Shown piece after piece: positions 35,201-50,200 of a DNA stretch of 64,000 nt. The position numbers and the translations under genes are program-made. The first letter of the stretch is position 1; each line of letters starts with the position of its first letter. The notes under the pieces are model-generated. The model made no database searches and had not been told where the DNA came from. It saw only the letters and a list, made by a program, of their open reading frames with translations. The stretch lies in the NCBI GenBank assembly GCA_002633005.1, contig NMRA01000054.1, forward strand, positions 314,952-378,951, given 5' to 3'. The stretch is from Phoronis australis (lineage: Eukaryota > Animalia > Phoronida).

Positions 35201-38200
35201 TGTACTACAGACACACTGATGCTTCTTTCCATTAATTGTTTTTGTCTCTTAAGTTGATAGATTGGCTTGTTTTTACCTGTTCCTTAAAGGCGAAGGCAAC
35301 CTTTTTCCATGTCATTTTGAGCTAAAATAAGGTTGGTTAGTTATCCTAGACATATTTTCTACTTAATTACAGCTTTTCGTAATTTTATTAATTACTCGTC
35401 CGCTACTGCGGAAGTGACGTTTTAGGAGGCAAGCATTTCGCGCCAATTTCTTTTCATATAGTCTGACTGTGAGAGCTGCCGAGTCAGTTATTGTTCTACC
35501 TCGGTTGTGTCACGTTCCGTCGTCGTTTGCTTTCATTTACTAGTCAGTCAACATGCCACACTGTTGCTGCGTACCGGAATGTACTAATTAGCGGCTCACG
35601 CGCGCTTTGGGAGTACCTTTGCATCGCTTTCCGATGGATGACACACTTCGCCGTACTTGGCTCGTTCGTGTGAAGAACGCAGCGTTACCCGGCCACGCAA
35701 CGTAGAAAGCAGTGGAGAATTACCGTGTGTGTGGCAAGCACTTTCTGCCGTCCGATTACGAAAGGGATTTGTACGCTGAACTGATGAAGGTCCCTGCGAA
35801 ACAACGCCTGAAGAAGGATGTGTTTGTGTTGATTCCCGGCAGTGCCCCGTCCCCACCCCCGAGAAGTGCGTTTTTGAAGCGAGAAGCCTCGCGAGCTGTG
35901 GCCAGTACAGTGACTGGAGCCAGTGGAGGCACTTCATCTACTGTCACCCGTGCCTCCGAACGTACCCCAGAGCGTGCAATTCCTGGAACCAGTAGTGATT
36001 CGCCCTGTGCTGTTTTCTCCAGCCCAGAGCCTCTAAGCAGCCCTGCAGCGATATTGAGTAGTGGGAGTGATTACAGGCCCAGTTCGACACCCAGTGAAGA
36101 GGACAGTTCGTCGTCCAGTGAACAGATCGGTGAGCCAAACTTTGATAAGTTTATTGTGGACTTGTCTAAAGTGTTGGAGCTATTTAGAAGGTGCCAGGTG
36201 TGTGGCGAGGGAGTCACACGACACAATGTAAGCAGTTTGGGTGCTCAGGTCACCATCCAGTGGGAGTGTGTCACGGGACACTCTGGCAAGTGGGACAGTT
36301 GTTCCTCTGTCCGTGGTATGCCGGAGGTCCACTTAACCATGTCCAGTGGTGTGCTCTTCACTGGAAACACGTTTCAGTCGGTGAAGACAATGATGGACTT
36401 TGGAAAAGTCAAGTTTTTTTTCGAAAACAACATTCAACAACATTCAGAATTCCTATTTAATACCAGTTGTCAATGACGCATACATGTCACAACATCTCGA
36501 GTTGGTGGCGGAATTCATGGAGAAGGAGAACTTGTCTGACTCACCAGGGCGGTCCGCCAAGTATACCACATACACTCTAATGGAGGAAGAGACCAAAAAG
36601 ATAATTGATGTGGAACTCGGAACAGCACAAGCATTCAATTGAGGTAGGCATAACAACGCACACAGTGCATTTGCACCAAGATGTGTCACCACGTCTGTCT
36701 TCAGTAGCCGCCTCGTTTCTCTCAACAGCTGCCTGTGCCTGTGTGTACTCTGCCTCGTTGTACTCGGGCTCAAACATGTACCCACCCACTGAATGTCCGT
36801 GAAAAAATTCCTCGTCACCACTGCTGTGAACAAGGTCTCCGTCACTCACACTACTGTCACTGTGATACGGGTCACCGACTCCAGCCATTTTCAGCTTACA
36901 ACACACTAAACAATCCCTAAATCCAACGCAGTTGAGTTCTCTACTAACCTATCTTGCCGCAGAATACTCGCCGATGGAAAGTGGTGGCGACAATTGGTGA
37001 AAAATAGCACAAAACAAAAGTAGAATAGAACAGATTCGCACAGTAAGCTCAACGCAAAACCAAGTGGCGGGAAGCGCTTGCCTCCTAAAACGTCACTTCC
37101 GGAATAGCGGACGAGTAATTAATAAAATTACGAAAAGCTGTAATTAAGTGGAAAATATGTCTAGGATAACCAACCAACCTTATTTTAGCTCAAAATGACA
37201 CGGAAAAAGGTTGCCTTCGCCTTTAAGGTACTGGCATCGTCTGGTCACGCTGTAGCATTTGTAGTTTGGACTTAAGCACTAATGATTGGTCAGATTGTGA
37301 GTAGAGATATCTGACAACTGGGAGACATGAATTAAAGATGATATCCCAAGTCCAGCCTGGTCTATATTACAGTTTATCGAAAATCGTGTTATGTTTTAGC
37401 CAATCAGTGGACAAAAGTATTATGGTCATGTAATAATAACTAATTTTAAGGCTGCGTTGTCTGAATGTAGTGTACTATAACCATGTTTTTTGTTTTGTAT
37501 TCTAAATTGGCTGCTTAGCATTGTCATATGATAGTCACATGATTTATTGTTTCCCTTCCAGTATTGATGACTATGTACAAGTGCTTGAAAAAGAAATCAA
37601 CATAGATTTCTGTCGATCAATGAACCGTATCATCTTCGACAAAACTGTGAAAGATGACTCAGTAACATTCCATTTTGTATCTGTTCCTGAGACACCAAAA
37701 GATGTTGTTCCAGCGAAAGGTGCGTTTTCAAGCATTTTGTGAATTCTGAAGGCCAGTGTCCTATAAATTGTAAACTTTGGGCTGTTATTTCAACCAGCCA
37801 CTAATGCACAATCTTGTTTGTTTTTGGCAAAGGTTTGTTTGGGTTAACTGTGCTATCTATCTATGGTCAATCAATCTGGTTTCCCAGAACATTTTGATTA
37901 GGTGCATGCTGTATCATACTCAAAAAGATAAACCTCAAATTATACCATTTTTGTCTTTTTATTTGTTATTTAAACTTTCAGAATAGTGGGATAAATATCA
38001 TAGAATCCTATTTTAAGTCAGTATTTGTGATAAAATCAGCACATGGCAAGTCATAGTGCATTTATCATAGTTGGCCCAAGGCAAGACCTCTCTTCTTCTT
38101 CAACTAAACTAGATTTCTTGGAAGGAGTAGATCAGTCAGGGTTTGTATTTGACTGAAACCTTTTTATTTCTGATGTTGTTAGAGATGTTAACACTTTCTG

Positions 38201-41200
38201 AATACTCCTCTTTAAATGCGCTATGAGCCCATCTTAATTGACAAATATCTTACTTTTGGTTTAGGCTATATGCTGTTATAAAATTTTCTTTACTCAGATC
38301 AGAACCAATTTATGGTATACAGAAGAACTGAGACTTTGTTATATCGCTTGAGACCAGACTCTATGAAGTGGCTTGACCTCAGTGTGTCACTTTATCCCTT
38401 GAGTGACTCAGTGTGTCACTTTATCCCTTGAGTCTCAAATAATAAAATGTCAGTTCTTCCCAGGCCCACAAAGTATCTGTCATCTGAGTTAAGAAGTTGA
38501 GACCAGTTTTACTGTAGACGGTTTGTGTAAATCAAAGGTACTCAATAAGACACAAGTAGGATTCATACCCGCTTTGATTATAGATATGTGAACCTAGCTC
38601 TGTCTCTTTCAGGCTGCCACATGGATGTACCTGAGTACCCGTTTGATGACCAGATGGACAGCTTTGCTTTCAACTCGCTACTGACTCGTGAAGAGAGTAT
38701 ACAGGCCATCGGCAAGGTGCGCACTGAGTGTAACCGCGTGGCGGCCATGTCTCTGTTCCATGTGCCCATGACTAAGAGCGTGCGCATTGAGGAGTTTGAG
38801 CAGATTCAGAGTCAGGCCACATCACAGGTAAGAACTCTGACTATGGTTGCAGTATTCAAATAACTAGAAGGGTAGATTACTGCATATGATCTCACTGACG
38901 TCTAATTGAAAGTTATGTGTGAAAATAGGTTGAAGGGTAGTACTTTTTGAACTGAAAATTTTATTGAAATCTTTTATGTTAATAAGTCAGAACTGACAGA
39001 CTTGTGACTAGAAGATTTAGTTAAAAATGTGGCTTTTAATCTCTGTATTTGGCCTATGTGGGATATTTCGACATTTTAATTAATGTCCTAAAACTAGTGT
39101 TTTCACAGCATTGGCATTGGAATGGTTCAATTGTCGTGATACAGAAATTTGACGGTTCATAAAGCTTGGTGTTTTAAGTGTGTTAACTTAATATATCCTT
39201 TACTGTGTTCAGCACTACCTTGCTTACTCTCCTAGATTTTGTATCCTTTTCCTGTTGTTACCCACAGGTGTCACTGTTTCTGAAGGACAGTTGGATTACT
39301 ACTCTGAGAGCTGCCATCAGGACCAGCTTGCGTGATGTTGGAAAAGGCTGGTTCAATATCTATGAGACAAACTGGGAGGTCTACCAAATCTCCAAACTCA
39401 AGAAGTTCATGGAAGCGGTCAAGTTTAATATGCAGGTGAATTGGACAAACAACTCCATTTTATTGTGTTATCTTTGGTTTTAATTATAGCAGTTGCAATT
39501 AATCCTATTGTTAAACAATTACGTGAACTTGACTCAGTCATGCTTTTGGTGTCGGGAAAACAGCATAATGACCTTGCAGGTGTAGAAATCTGTGTCAATA
39601 ACAGTAACGTAGTACTAGCAGTGGTGTTAGTAAAAAGGATGAAGATTATTTATCTGTTTAATGTGTACGTATATGATTACGTATTTGATTCAGCATAAAG
39701 GGCTGGATATACATGAGCACAAAATAAAGGTCTGGTGATCTTGTTATGAATTTCTTACATATGCCTGTTGTAACTGTTTTACATTAGTAATTGTTTGTAA
39801 TGAGTTCTGTGCACTGATGGTTTGTTCACCACACACACTGCAGGACTCTCTACGGTTCCTGGTGCAGGACTCTCTGCTCAACTATACCCAGATGGTGCTG
39901 GACGCTTGTCACACTGTACTGGGCTGTAAGGAGGACATGGAGTGGGGTACTGATGTCATCCACAGCCCTTACAAGTAAGTAGAATGTTAACCTTTTAATA
40001 TGCGCTGTACTTTCGAGGGTCACATTTCTTAAGGTCACCTGGAAGCCTTGGCATTGAATTAATGTGCACTTGAATTTGAAATATGCTGGACAGGTATTAA
40101 TACTAGCTAGTTCTCGATTTTTCTGTGTTGTTTTGCTTAGGACTCAAAACCATGGGGAGAATCAGGGTTATAATATTATATCTAAGTGGTTATTTCCGTG
40201 AGTGCTAACTATCACTTTGGCAAAGTCTCTTGACGTAGCTTCACCGACAAGTATGATTTACTTGTTGGGGATCCTACTTATGGGAGTATCTTTTTATTTG
40301 TCAACCATTTGAATTTATGTTATCCATTGATTTACAATAAGGTGTATCAACAAAAATGTGATGTAATATTTATTCATTTTCCAGACCCAAGAAAAATGCC
40401 TTATTCCTGGTTGATCTCATCCTGGATAACCAGGGATCTCACTACAGCACTAACTTGAACAGTTTCGAGCTGACCTTGATCTCTCTATTTGACAAGGGGA
40501 TACAGTCTACAGGGGCCGTGCCTCAACTAGAGAAGGTGAGTTCTTGGGTCACAATCTAAATCACTGATGTCTTTGTAGGGATGACTTTCTGCTCGTGTTT
40601 TCTAGACTAGTATGACTGCAATAAAGTGACGTGTATTTGGCCTCACTTAGGTGTATCTTCAAAGAATTTTCCACTGTCAGATATTTCTGTTGTTGAAGGC
40701 TGTCATTCATGACATATGGTTGCAGCAACACCTTTAATGAAAAATCATGTTTGATTTTGGTCAACAAGTGCATAGTTTCAAAACTGGGCCTTATTATTTA
40801 AGAACTTAAAAAGTCTCCGCCTCTATCCGCTTGGTGATGAATCTTCTTGATACTTGTCTGATATTTTCAAAACTGATGGTATTATGGATTAAGGGACACT
40901 CGCCTGTTTTTGTATGGACTGGGCTAATTTTATTTTATAACATGTAGTGAAAGCATTTATTAGACTTTCTAGAGATTATGATTCCTCTGTTGCCTAGATT
41001 TGTATTTGTTGTTACTAGTGAATACTATATCTTTGTAACTGTGCATTGTGTGTATTAGCTTTATCAAATACTGACTTATCATTAAATTGTGAATGTATGG
41101 TATGAACATATTACATTCATTTGACCTCTTGTCTGCTTTGCAAATGTTACATCGTTATATCTATCATAGATTTGTTAATTTTTTTTTTAGTACATCCTGG

Positions 41201-44200
41201 AAGAGATCTTTTGGTCGGGTACGCCTCTGTTGGAGTCGGTTGGCATTAATGAGCCACATGTAGTGGACTTGCGTGAGACTGTGAGAAAAGCAATACAGGC
41301 TGCACTGATACCCATGAAGGCGTATGCTAAAGAGTATGAGAGACACCTGGAGCTGATGAATCTAGACATTAATGCCTATGTCAAGTAAGTTTGTTGTCCC
41401 CAGCAACACTTATTGAAACTTTGTCATATCAGAGACAATAAAGATTAAGTATTAGGTTTCCATGCATTTCTCAATTTATGTTAAGACGTTCACACGCATC
41501 GTAGCACTACTTCAATCCCATGTCTGACTAATCACTGTTTGCCTGTCTGCAGAGAGTATGAGGCCAAAAACCAATCAGCTGCTGAGGTGAAAGCAGAAGT
41601 TGAGATGCACTTGGCAGAGCAGAAGGTCATTGAGAACACAATTCCGAGCAACATTGTGATCGGTCCATTCTGGATTAATACAGAGAATGTGCGCCAGGGA
41701 CTGTCAAAGAAGCGCAAGGCCCTCAGCAATGCTGTGCTGGAACTGCTGGCCAAGAAACTGAGAACTCAGGCCGATGATGTGAGCCTTCCCTGTCTTTTTC
41801 AACATTTCTATGTTGAAAAATAATTGAAAAATTACCATACAAGAATTTCCCTACAGTGTATTGGTCTTAAAGTTGTATTGCATTTTAATGACGAATTTCT
41901 GTGGGTGACTTTGTACTATCATTGAGTTTCACCTTGCTTTCAATTATTATTATAAATATCAACATTGCCAAATTATCTAAGAACGTGATGTAATGTGTAG
42001 TAAATAGTTTTCAAATCCATTTTATTTACTATACATTATGTTTTCCGTATATTATTTATGTCCAGTTTGTGAAAACGTTCACTTTCTGAATCTTCTTAAT
42101 TTATTAGATGTACTAATAAAACTTTCTTGTTGACGGCATTACAGTTTGTCAATTCTCCGATCTTCATCAGGTATTCGTATTCTCTTACCTATATTCTTAC
42201 TCTCTAAGCATTTGAAATAATTGATTCAATTCTTTGTGCCGTAAGCAGTATGCTAACCTCACATGTAAGCTGTACCTAAAGATAAAGTCATGTTTGTTCC
42301 CGGCTTTTCTCTTATCCAGGCATGTGAAGAGTTCAAGTCTATAAGCCGTAAGCTGTATGAGAAATCCAACTGTATCGAGGAGCTGGCTGAGATGAGAGAG
42401 TGGATGAAGACAATCCCCGACACACTGAAGGAGCACAACGAACTGATCGACAAGGCCATGAATGACTACGAGTTGATAGAAGAGTTCTATTACAGTTTGT
42501 CTCAGGACGATTTCAATGCCAAGTAGGTTGAAGGACACTGTGATTTGATTATCGTATAGGGGGACCTTGCTATTGGGCAAATCGGTCACACTCAAATGTT
42601 GAGACTACGTATTAAGAAGTCTTTGTTTACTATATTTAGCATCCACTCCATGGATAGGGGTTGGCTAGCCACACTTCTCTGTGTGGTTTGCTTTCAGGTA
42701 GACCTTGCTGACTGCTTGTGTAACAATTTTATATGCTTGTTGCTGATTTGTCTAATACATTATCTTAAATAAATGATGAACAATGAGGTTCTCATATTTG
42801 GTGTATGATGTTGAATAAGTGGATTGCTATTGGCTCACCACATGAGATTTCCTGATATTTTTTATGAGATATCTATTGCTTGATGACATTCTCACTTGTG
42901 TTGTCTACTTCCATATGGGGTGCTATTGGCTGGCCTATCAGATCCTTCTTACATTTCTATTCTTTTACGAGATTCTATTGGTTGATGGTATTCTCACTTC
43001 CGTTGACGTCTGCTTCCAGGTGGACTGCTATTGGTTGGCCTCACAAGATAGAGCTGCAGATGGAGCAGACATACACTACCCTGGAAGAGGATGAGGAGAG
43101 GTTCCACAAACTGCAGATGACTGACCAGGCCAACTTCAGTGACAGACTTGATACGCTCTCAGTGGGTTCACTATCATGGCATTTAAACCTGTTTTATAAA
43201 CGATACACACAGGGATATATTATTGAAGTTCACCTTGTCACATTGTTAGGTGCAGTTTTAATGTATTAGTGCAACTTTTCCTTTGAATTAAATTCACAAA
43301 TCAGCTGGGATGAACAAGTTTTGTGACTTCTTAGAATTAGAGTTTTCGGGTTGGTAGTTTACATTAAGTTGCATCAAAGTTAACTGTCATGAAGAGGCCT
43401 GATGCTTGTCAGAATAAAATGAAAAATATCTGGTTATAATCATCGTCAAAATCTTTGGACATTTAAGAAGATGGTTTCTTTTCAAAAGTGATGACACTGG
43501 CTAATTTAAATTTTGTGTACACAAAGTATAATTTCAGAGCTTGTTCGTCTCAAAATCTTGTCCATTTGTTTTTGTTATTTTTGGAATTTTTTTATGTCTA
43601 TAAGTTAGAATTATTAGTCTTCATACACGCCATGTGCTGCTAACATCATGTGACCTATAGTTAAGTCTGAAAAGATCTCTATCCCAACCCGGCTTCAAAC
43701 CCCCGCTAATTCATCACAGCACAGTTTTATATCTATGTTACACCCATTCTGCAGTGAAATTTTTAGCTTAAAATTTACTGTGTGAGCTTGAGTTCTGTGA
43801 CCTTTAACCTTTCACAGATGATTGTGGCTGGTATGGCAGCTCATGCTGACCTGAACAAGGCACATGAAGTAGCCAATGAGGTGCGGCGTGTGCACAAGCA
43901 ATTGAAGGAGTGCCAAGGATTGGCCATCACTTACAACAACCGTGAGAGGTTGTTTGGTATGCCTGTCACCAATGTAAGTAACTACAGTCTGGTGGTATTC
44001 TGATGACAGTCAATTTTGGTCCATTTTATATGACAGAATCAAAGGATCTGAGCAAAATGTTGTTTTGATGTTATTTTTTCTTTGTAATGAAGTAGTCAAC
44101 TTTTTTCTCTTTAATTCATATCACTGTTCTGTAAACTCTCATAGTCATAAATGCATCTTTAAATAAAATGCATGTTTTCATTTTTATTAATGCAGAGATT

Positions 44201-47200
44201 GAAATTAATTTATTTGAATTTGAGCATTAGTTTTTTGATTGATATGTACTAGATTTTTGATGTCATTGCATTGTTACAAAACTGACTTATAACTGGTAGA
44301 TTAGATGGCATATTCTTTAAGCACTTATTTTAACACAAAGACTTGGCGAATGTGTTTCACTCACATGTTTTATTAACGGTTGAAGTAATTACATATCCAA
44401 AATCACAATATTTTATTTTGAACTCCAGGATATCGGCGTGATAAATGAACTTCCGAATCTGTCAATTTCTGTTTGTCATTCGTTTTGGTAGAACATTCAA
44501 AATTATGCTAAAAAATTTTAATGTCAATTTCCAAAGCAGACACACTATTTGACATAGATTTTTTAAAGGCTTTGTGTACTCTAACTCATGTGCACACAGC
44601 AATTAAGTATTTCTTCAATGTGGTGAATTACTTCAACCCAACATGAAATTTAACTGCATGTTTTGTCACCTTTTAGTTCCATTTCAGCTCACCATGATTA
44701 ATCTGAATCTAGATAGATTTAGACATGTAACTTGCACTGCATTCAATAGGCGGCGCTGTGGAACATGTAACTTACAGTGCAGCTGATAAGACTACACTGT
44801 GAGACGACATGAAACTTCCAATACAGCTGCTGTGGGACGTGTAACTTGCACTGCAACTTGTAGACTTCACTGTAAACGTGGGAAGAAATAATTTCTGTCA
44901 AAGTCTTTCGACGAGTTTTCTGATTTTGTCTTCGATCATAACCAATGCATGTAGTGAACGCACCAATTGACAATCAAACTAACATTGACTAACACCACCA
45001 ATGCTAACCCATTTCAATGCTTCAGTAAAGTTTTTGCCCTTTCAAAGTAGAACCATTTTATCTTAGGTTAGTGCAACCCAACTTCTTAGTTGTCATTCCA
45101 TTACCACTGTTACTCAGTCTCTTTCTCTCAGCACTCTCTGTTTTATACTTAGTCTTGCTTCTCACATTCATCTGCTTAATAGGCTTATGATGAGGATGGC
45201 AATCTCTATGAGACTTTGGTGAGGCTAACTGTGGTCGACCCCTGTAGACATTCACTTTGAACCCTGTGATGTACCACTCATGATCACACTATCCATCTCA
45301 GTCGTTAGATAAGCACTCCCAAACATTGCCACCAATTTACACTAAGTACCATGAAACGTGTCTTGATCTTGTTGTTTTTGAATTTTTTACAAGTGACTAT
45401 ACATCGTCTAGGAGACAAATCCAACTGAATCGAACTCATCATTTAAAAAGTTAAAATAGATGTCTTCTTGAATTGTTGGAACAGCCTTCCAGTCTTCTTG
45501 TCTCTCCATGATGTTGAAACCCACTCAAACAGATTGAGAATACAATGATGGAATTAACAAATATAAGTTTTTGTTTTAAAAGCCTTTTCAAGTACTTGAA
45601 ATTTTTGCTGAATTTAATGGCAAAAAGGACCCTTTATATGCATTCTTTGTCACGGGGTTTTTGGCTCACAGACTTAGTGTAATTTGAATATGTTTCACTG
45701 AAATTGAATGCAGCACTTAATTATGCATCCTGTCTTCATTATTCATGTCATTTGGATACAGACTAGTAATTACAGCAATGTTTTTTGCATGTTCAGGACA
45801 ACTCCTCCATAGCCTCCTGTTAACTTAACCACTGCTACAGACCTTCAACATAGTGCCATATCCTTAGTATGTAATGCATGGTTATCTCCCCTGCGTCTAT
45901 GTCACAAGCTCCTGTTGTCAAATGCATATGATGGTGATTACTAATTACCTTACATGTACTGTTAGCTAGTAAAGGTAGCCAAGTTGGTCTCACATTTAAG
46001 CATGCACTTTATTCCTACATTTAGGAACAAAACTTAATGGTAAAATCTCACAAATTTGGGACACAGTATGGCAGACACGTGAAATTTTTACTCATTTTTT
46101 TACAAACGATATACAATAATTTCAGAATGAAGCTTTGCCAACTTGTGTACCCTTGCTATCGACAGACAGTATTTTGAACAATTGTGGGCATTCACTACAG
46201 TGTTTGAAGTCCTTGAATATGAATAAAGTGCAATTTTGGCAGTTATTTTGTCTGAAATCGATGAGATTTTAACTGTCTACATTTTTATGTCAATGTTAAT
46301 TAGACCAGAATGGGAGGCATTTGGTCACTCTGATGGTCAAGCAGTTCCAAAGAAACCGACTACGAATACCCATTATAAGTCTTTACTTCTGTCCTCTTCT
46401 TTTGAGCTTGTTTTGCTATAATCACTGTTACTCTCTAGTCGACCTTTGGTCTACTTTGACATCCTTATGAGTCATTACCCTTAAGCCAAGCCTTAGACTG
46501 CTTCTTCCAAGAAGTACGAAGGGCAGATACACTTAGGATCAGCTGCCATTTGTCACCTTGTTTGAAAGAACTTGAGCAGGCATGTCACCATATACCCAGC
46601 AACCTTGCCCTCCTCATTAACTGATTTTTGTAATGTTTTAGACGTTTTCTCATCTCAAGCTCAGTAATGTAAAAGTGTCAGTTTTAACCCATCTTAACTT
46701 TACTAACATGACAGTAAACTAAATACCTGTACACCGTCTCCACCTGTTGTCAACAATGTACCTACTCGTGCCCGTCACGCCATGCATTGGCTATTTTAGT
46801 ATGACAAGCTCACCAAGCTTGTCAAAGACTTTGACCCCTTCCGCAATCTCTGGATCACCGTCTCTGATTGGCTGCGCTGGCATGAGAGCTGGATGAATGA
46901 CCCACTCACCACCATCGATGCAGAGAGTCTGGAGAAGAATGTGAATGAGGCGTACAAAACTATGCATAAGTCAGTGAAGCTGTTCTCTGAAATGCCAAGT
47001 AAGTGGAAGAATTGGTCATGTGACAATTTGGTCACAACACCCAAGAATTATGGGATTGACCGTGGTCTCACTGTTCTGACAATAAAAATGCAATATATAA
47101 AATCTTTGTGGCAGCTTTACAGTACTGGGTGTTTCAGAAAGGTGGGCCTGTGGAGATGAAGCGATTTTATATTAGGTCCAAGTGTTTGAAATGTCTTCTG

Positions 47201-50200
47201 TGCTGTGTATATAGCTTTTATTTTGTTAATAAACCAGTAGTCTGGAAAAGGCATGAAAGCTTATGTAGTATTTTGAATTGAATATTATGTTTATAAATGT
47301 TATAGAAGATATTGTAAGGATATTGTATTTTTGTTGGAATGAACTATTCGACAATCTTGTTCCACAAAGACGTCGATGTGGCTGATGGTAACTTGTCGTA
47401 GCTTATAGGCTGAATGTATAGACTTTATGGAGTGTATGGACTGTATAGACTGTATAGACTTTATGGAGTGTATGGAGTGTATGGACTGTATAGACTGTAT
47501 AGACTTTATGGACTGTATGGACTGTATAGACTGTATAGACTTTATGGATTGTATAGACTGTATAGACTGTATAGACTTTATGGACTGTATGGACTGTATA
47601 GACTGTAGGATGTCATAATGTACTAAGCAACAGCATTTCCTTGTCAAAAGATATAATCAAACAAACAATTTTCATATTAACTAAATTTGTTGTGGAGTAG
47701 TAATTCTCTTGATCGAAAGTATTTCAACATCTATGAGAAAAATCTTTTAAAATACAATAAGCAAGAGAATTCTCGCTTCATTATTTTTTTTTCTTAGTTG
47801 CAAGTCACTGCATAAGAGATTTTGAGTTAAGTTGAAGCAGACCAGTCTTGATATATATTATGTTTGGCACTCTGGAAACAATAGTATACACCACATGTTT
47901 TGACAAGGGTCTGTTGTTGTCTGAATTGTTTTCGTACATTTAATGTGAAAGCCAACACTAATATGTGTAGATAAGGTCTCATGCAGAGTGTTGCCTTATG
48001 TGTACTAACAAAGTTGCCAACTTCAGTGTTGTAATTATATGTGTTCTATATTCAAGGCTACCAGATCCTCATACACCCAAACCCTCAAATTATCTGCACG
48101 AAGTATTAAATCATAAGAACAATTGAATCATTTTCATGAACCATTGAGTCATCCCTCGAACCACTGAATCACCCACTCGAACCATTGAGTTATCACAAAG
48201 CATTGAATGATACAGGTGAACCAACATGTACTCATTTGCGAGATCTTTTAAATTAATTAAAAAATCACCTGTGCAAATATTGAATACCAAGGGCTATATC
48301 ATTTGTGGAAAAGATGCGTAAATGAGTTTCTAGTCATTTGTATGAGTTTTGATTTTGTATGCATGCTTTCTGATCTCACGGTTGGACTGCCTGATTCAGT
48401 GGCTCGTTTCTGTGCCTCATTTAGTTGGTGCATATGATTCAAACCTTGTGTGTATGGTACCCTTGATATTGTGTGCTTTAGGTCTATCAGTGCATTGTTA
48501 CCAACTACTGAAAGACTAGGTTATGAGTTAGTTGTCTTACACTGTTAGTAGTGGATTGCTTCATGTCAGAGTGGCAGTAAATGTTGTTCGAGGTGACATA
48601 GTGACACTGCAACTTTTTGTTGTCCATAACTTAGCTGTTTGTCTGTTCTGTCAAACAGTTTGTGGTACATGAGCTAGAACTCTGAGATTTCCAGTCCATG
48701 AAAACTTCATGGAGATCTCAGTTTATGGCTTTTCAGGTCATGCTTTTCTGATTATGTAAATCAGTATCAACATGAAACCATTTGATAACCTGAAGAGTTG
48801 TCCAATGTGTATTAGATAACAATTTGGGATACAATTTGATAGGCATGCCACGATGTTCTATAGAAGACGCTCACGTGTGTGGTTTAATCCTCGGGGCTGC
48901 ATAGGAATAACTAATGTCAAACACGATGTAATATTACTTTTTTATTTTGTGAGTTTTATGTAGTTCATTGCTCATTATGTGGATTAAATAGATTATTGCA
49001 TGTTTTGGTCATTACTTCTATTTTCTGGAACTGTCATTATATGTGGAAAAATCATCACCCTCAGTGCTCATGGCCATTGGACGATAAATTCTCCAAATTT
49101 CACTCGGTTTCAAGATGTAGGAAATGACCACCTTGCCATGTATTAATGTATATTTCTGTTGGGTCTTTGCTTAGGTGTGCAGGAGATTGCTGTTGAGGTT
49201 AAGCGGATGATTGAAGAGTTCAAGCCCTACATCCCTCTGATCCAGGGTTTGCGGAATCCTGGTATGAGAAACCGCCATTGGGAGCAGGTAGGAACCTGGC
49301 TTAAAGGTCATGTGATGGCTGTAGATATGACGATTCTCTGATAGCAATATTGAAACTATGCATTTGTACAAACAAACTTTACGGTTATTGTTAATATTAC
49401 TAGCTCTATACTCATACTTAACTCTCAGTTAAATGAATGAGCCAAAACATAATTATACAATCGTCTTTGTTGTTGAATTGGGGTCCCTATTTTTAACCTC
49501 CTTTGAGTTCCTTGGTTGTAAACACTCTTAATTACTAAGTGAAAAGATGTAAAGGTACACTTATTTGTTTTATCTGTTCTTATATCTCCTACTATTGACT
49601 GAGCTGTGAGTCTTCTTTGATCCTTGACTATTTATTGCATTTTTCTTTTGCTTGTCCTCATCTCCAGCTATCTGCCGAGCTGGGGTTCTCCGTTCGCCCT
49701 AAAGACTCGCTCACCTTCAAGAAGTGCTTAGAGATGAACCTGGAGCAACACATCCAGACCATTGCCAAGGTTGCTGAGGTGGCAGGCAAAGAGTACTCCA
49801 TTGAGCAGGCTCTGGACAAGATGGAGGCTGAATGGGCGCCAGTTGTCTTCGAGATCCTGCCCTACAAAGACACAGGGACATACATTGTCAAGGCATCAGA
49901 GGAGACGTCGCAGCTCCTTGACGATCATATTGTTATGACACAGAGCATGTCGTTCTCACCATTCAAGAAGCCATTTGAGGAACGTATTAACACATGGGAG
50001 AACAAACTGCGCACAACTCAGGTAGATTTTTCAAATTTTAAAACCATTCCTTCATATAAATTAGACTGTGATACAATATTGTCGAATGTTAAACTGAGGT
50101 CACACCAAAACACAGATATGATGATTATATTCAATGATGTATTAGCTTCTTGTAGTAGTGATACATTTTTAGTATACTGTGGCTTTCATGTTACCATAGA

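Larger units (their letters stand above)
35288..37222 (+). mobile_element. Kolobok-type DNA transposon, internally deleted, in a DNAH1 intron
   Basis: 147-bp TIRs (35288-35434 / 37076-37222) with about 5 mismatches, AGG...CCT termini, TTAA on both flanks; convergent THAP-transposase and Cys-rich ORFs inside. Confidence 0.88.

Noticed and set aside
44750-45560. Possible decayed transposase (Merlin/ISXO2-like fragments) on the minus strand in a DNAH1 intron
   Set aside because: Only vague motif hints across stops and frameshifts, and no TIR or TSD found; not supportable without a profile search.
47300-47647. Cys-rich (CMDCID)n, (YRLYGL)n and (SIQ)n ORFs resembling a metallothionein or structural protein
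   Set aside because: All are translations of a stop-free 9-bp tandem repeat in an intron, with no splice or promoter support.
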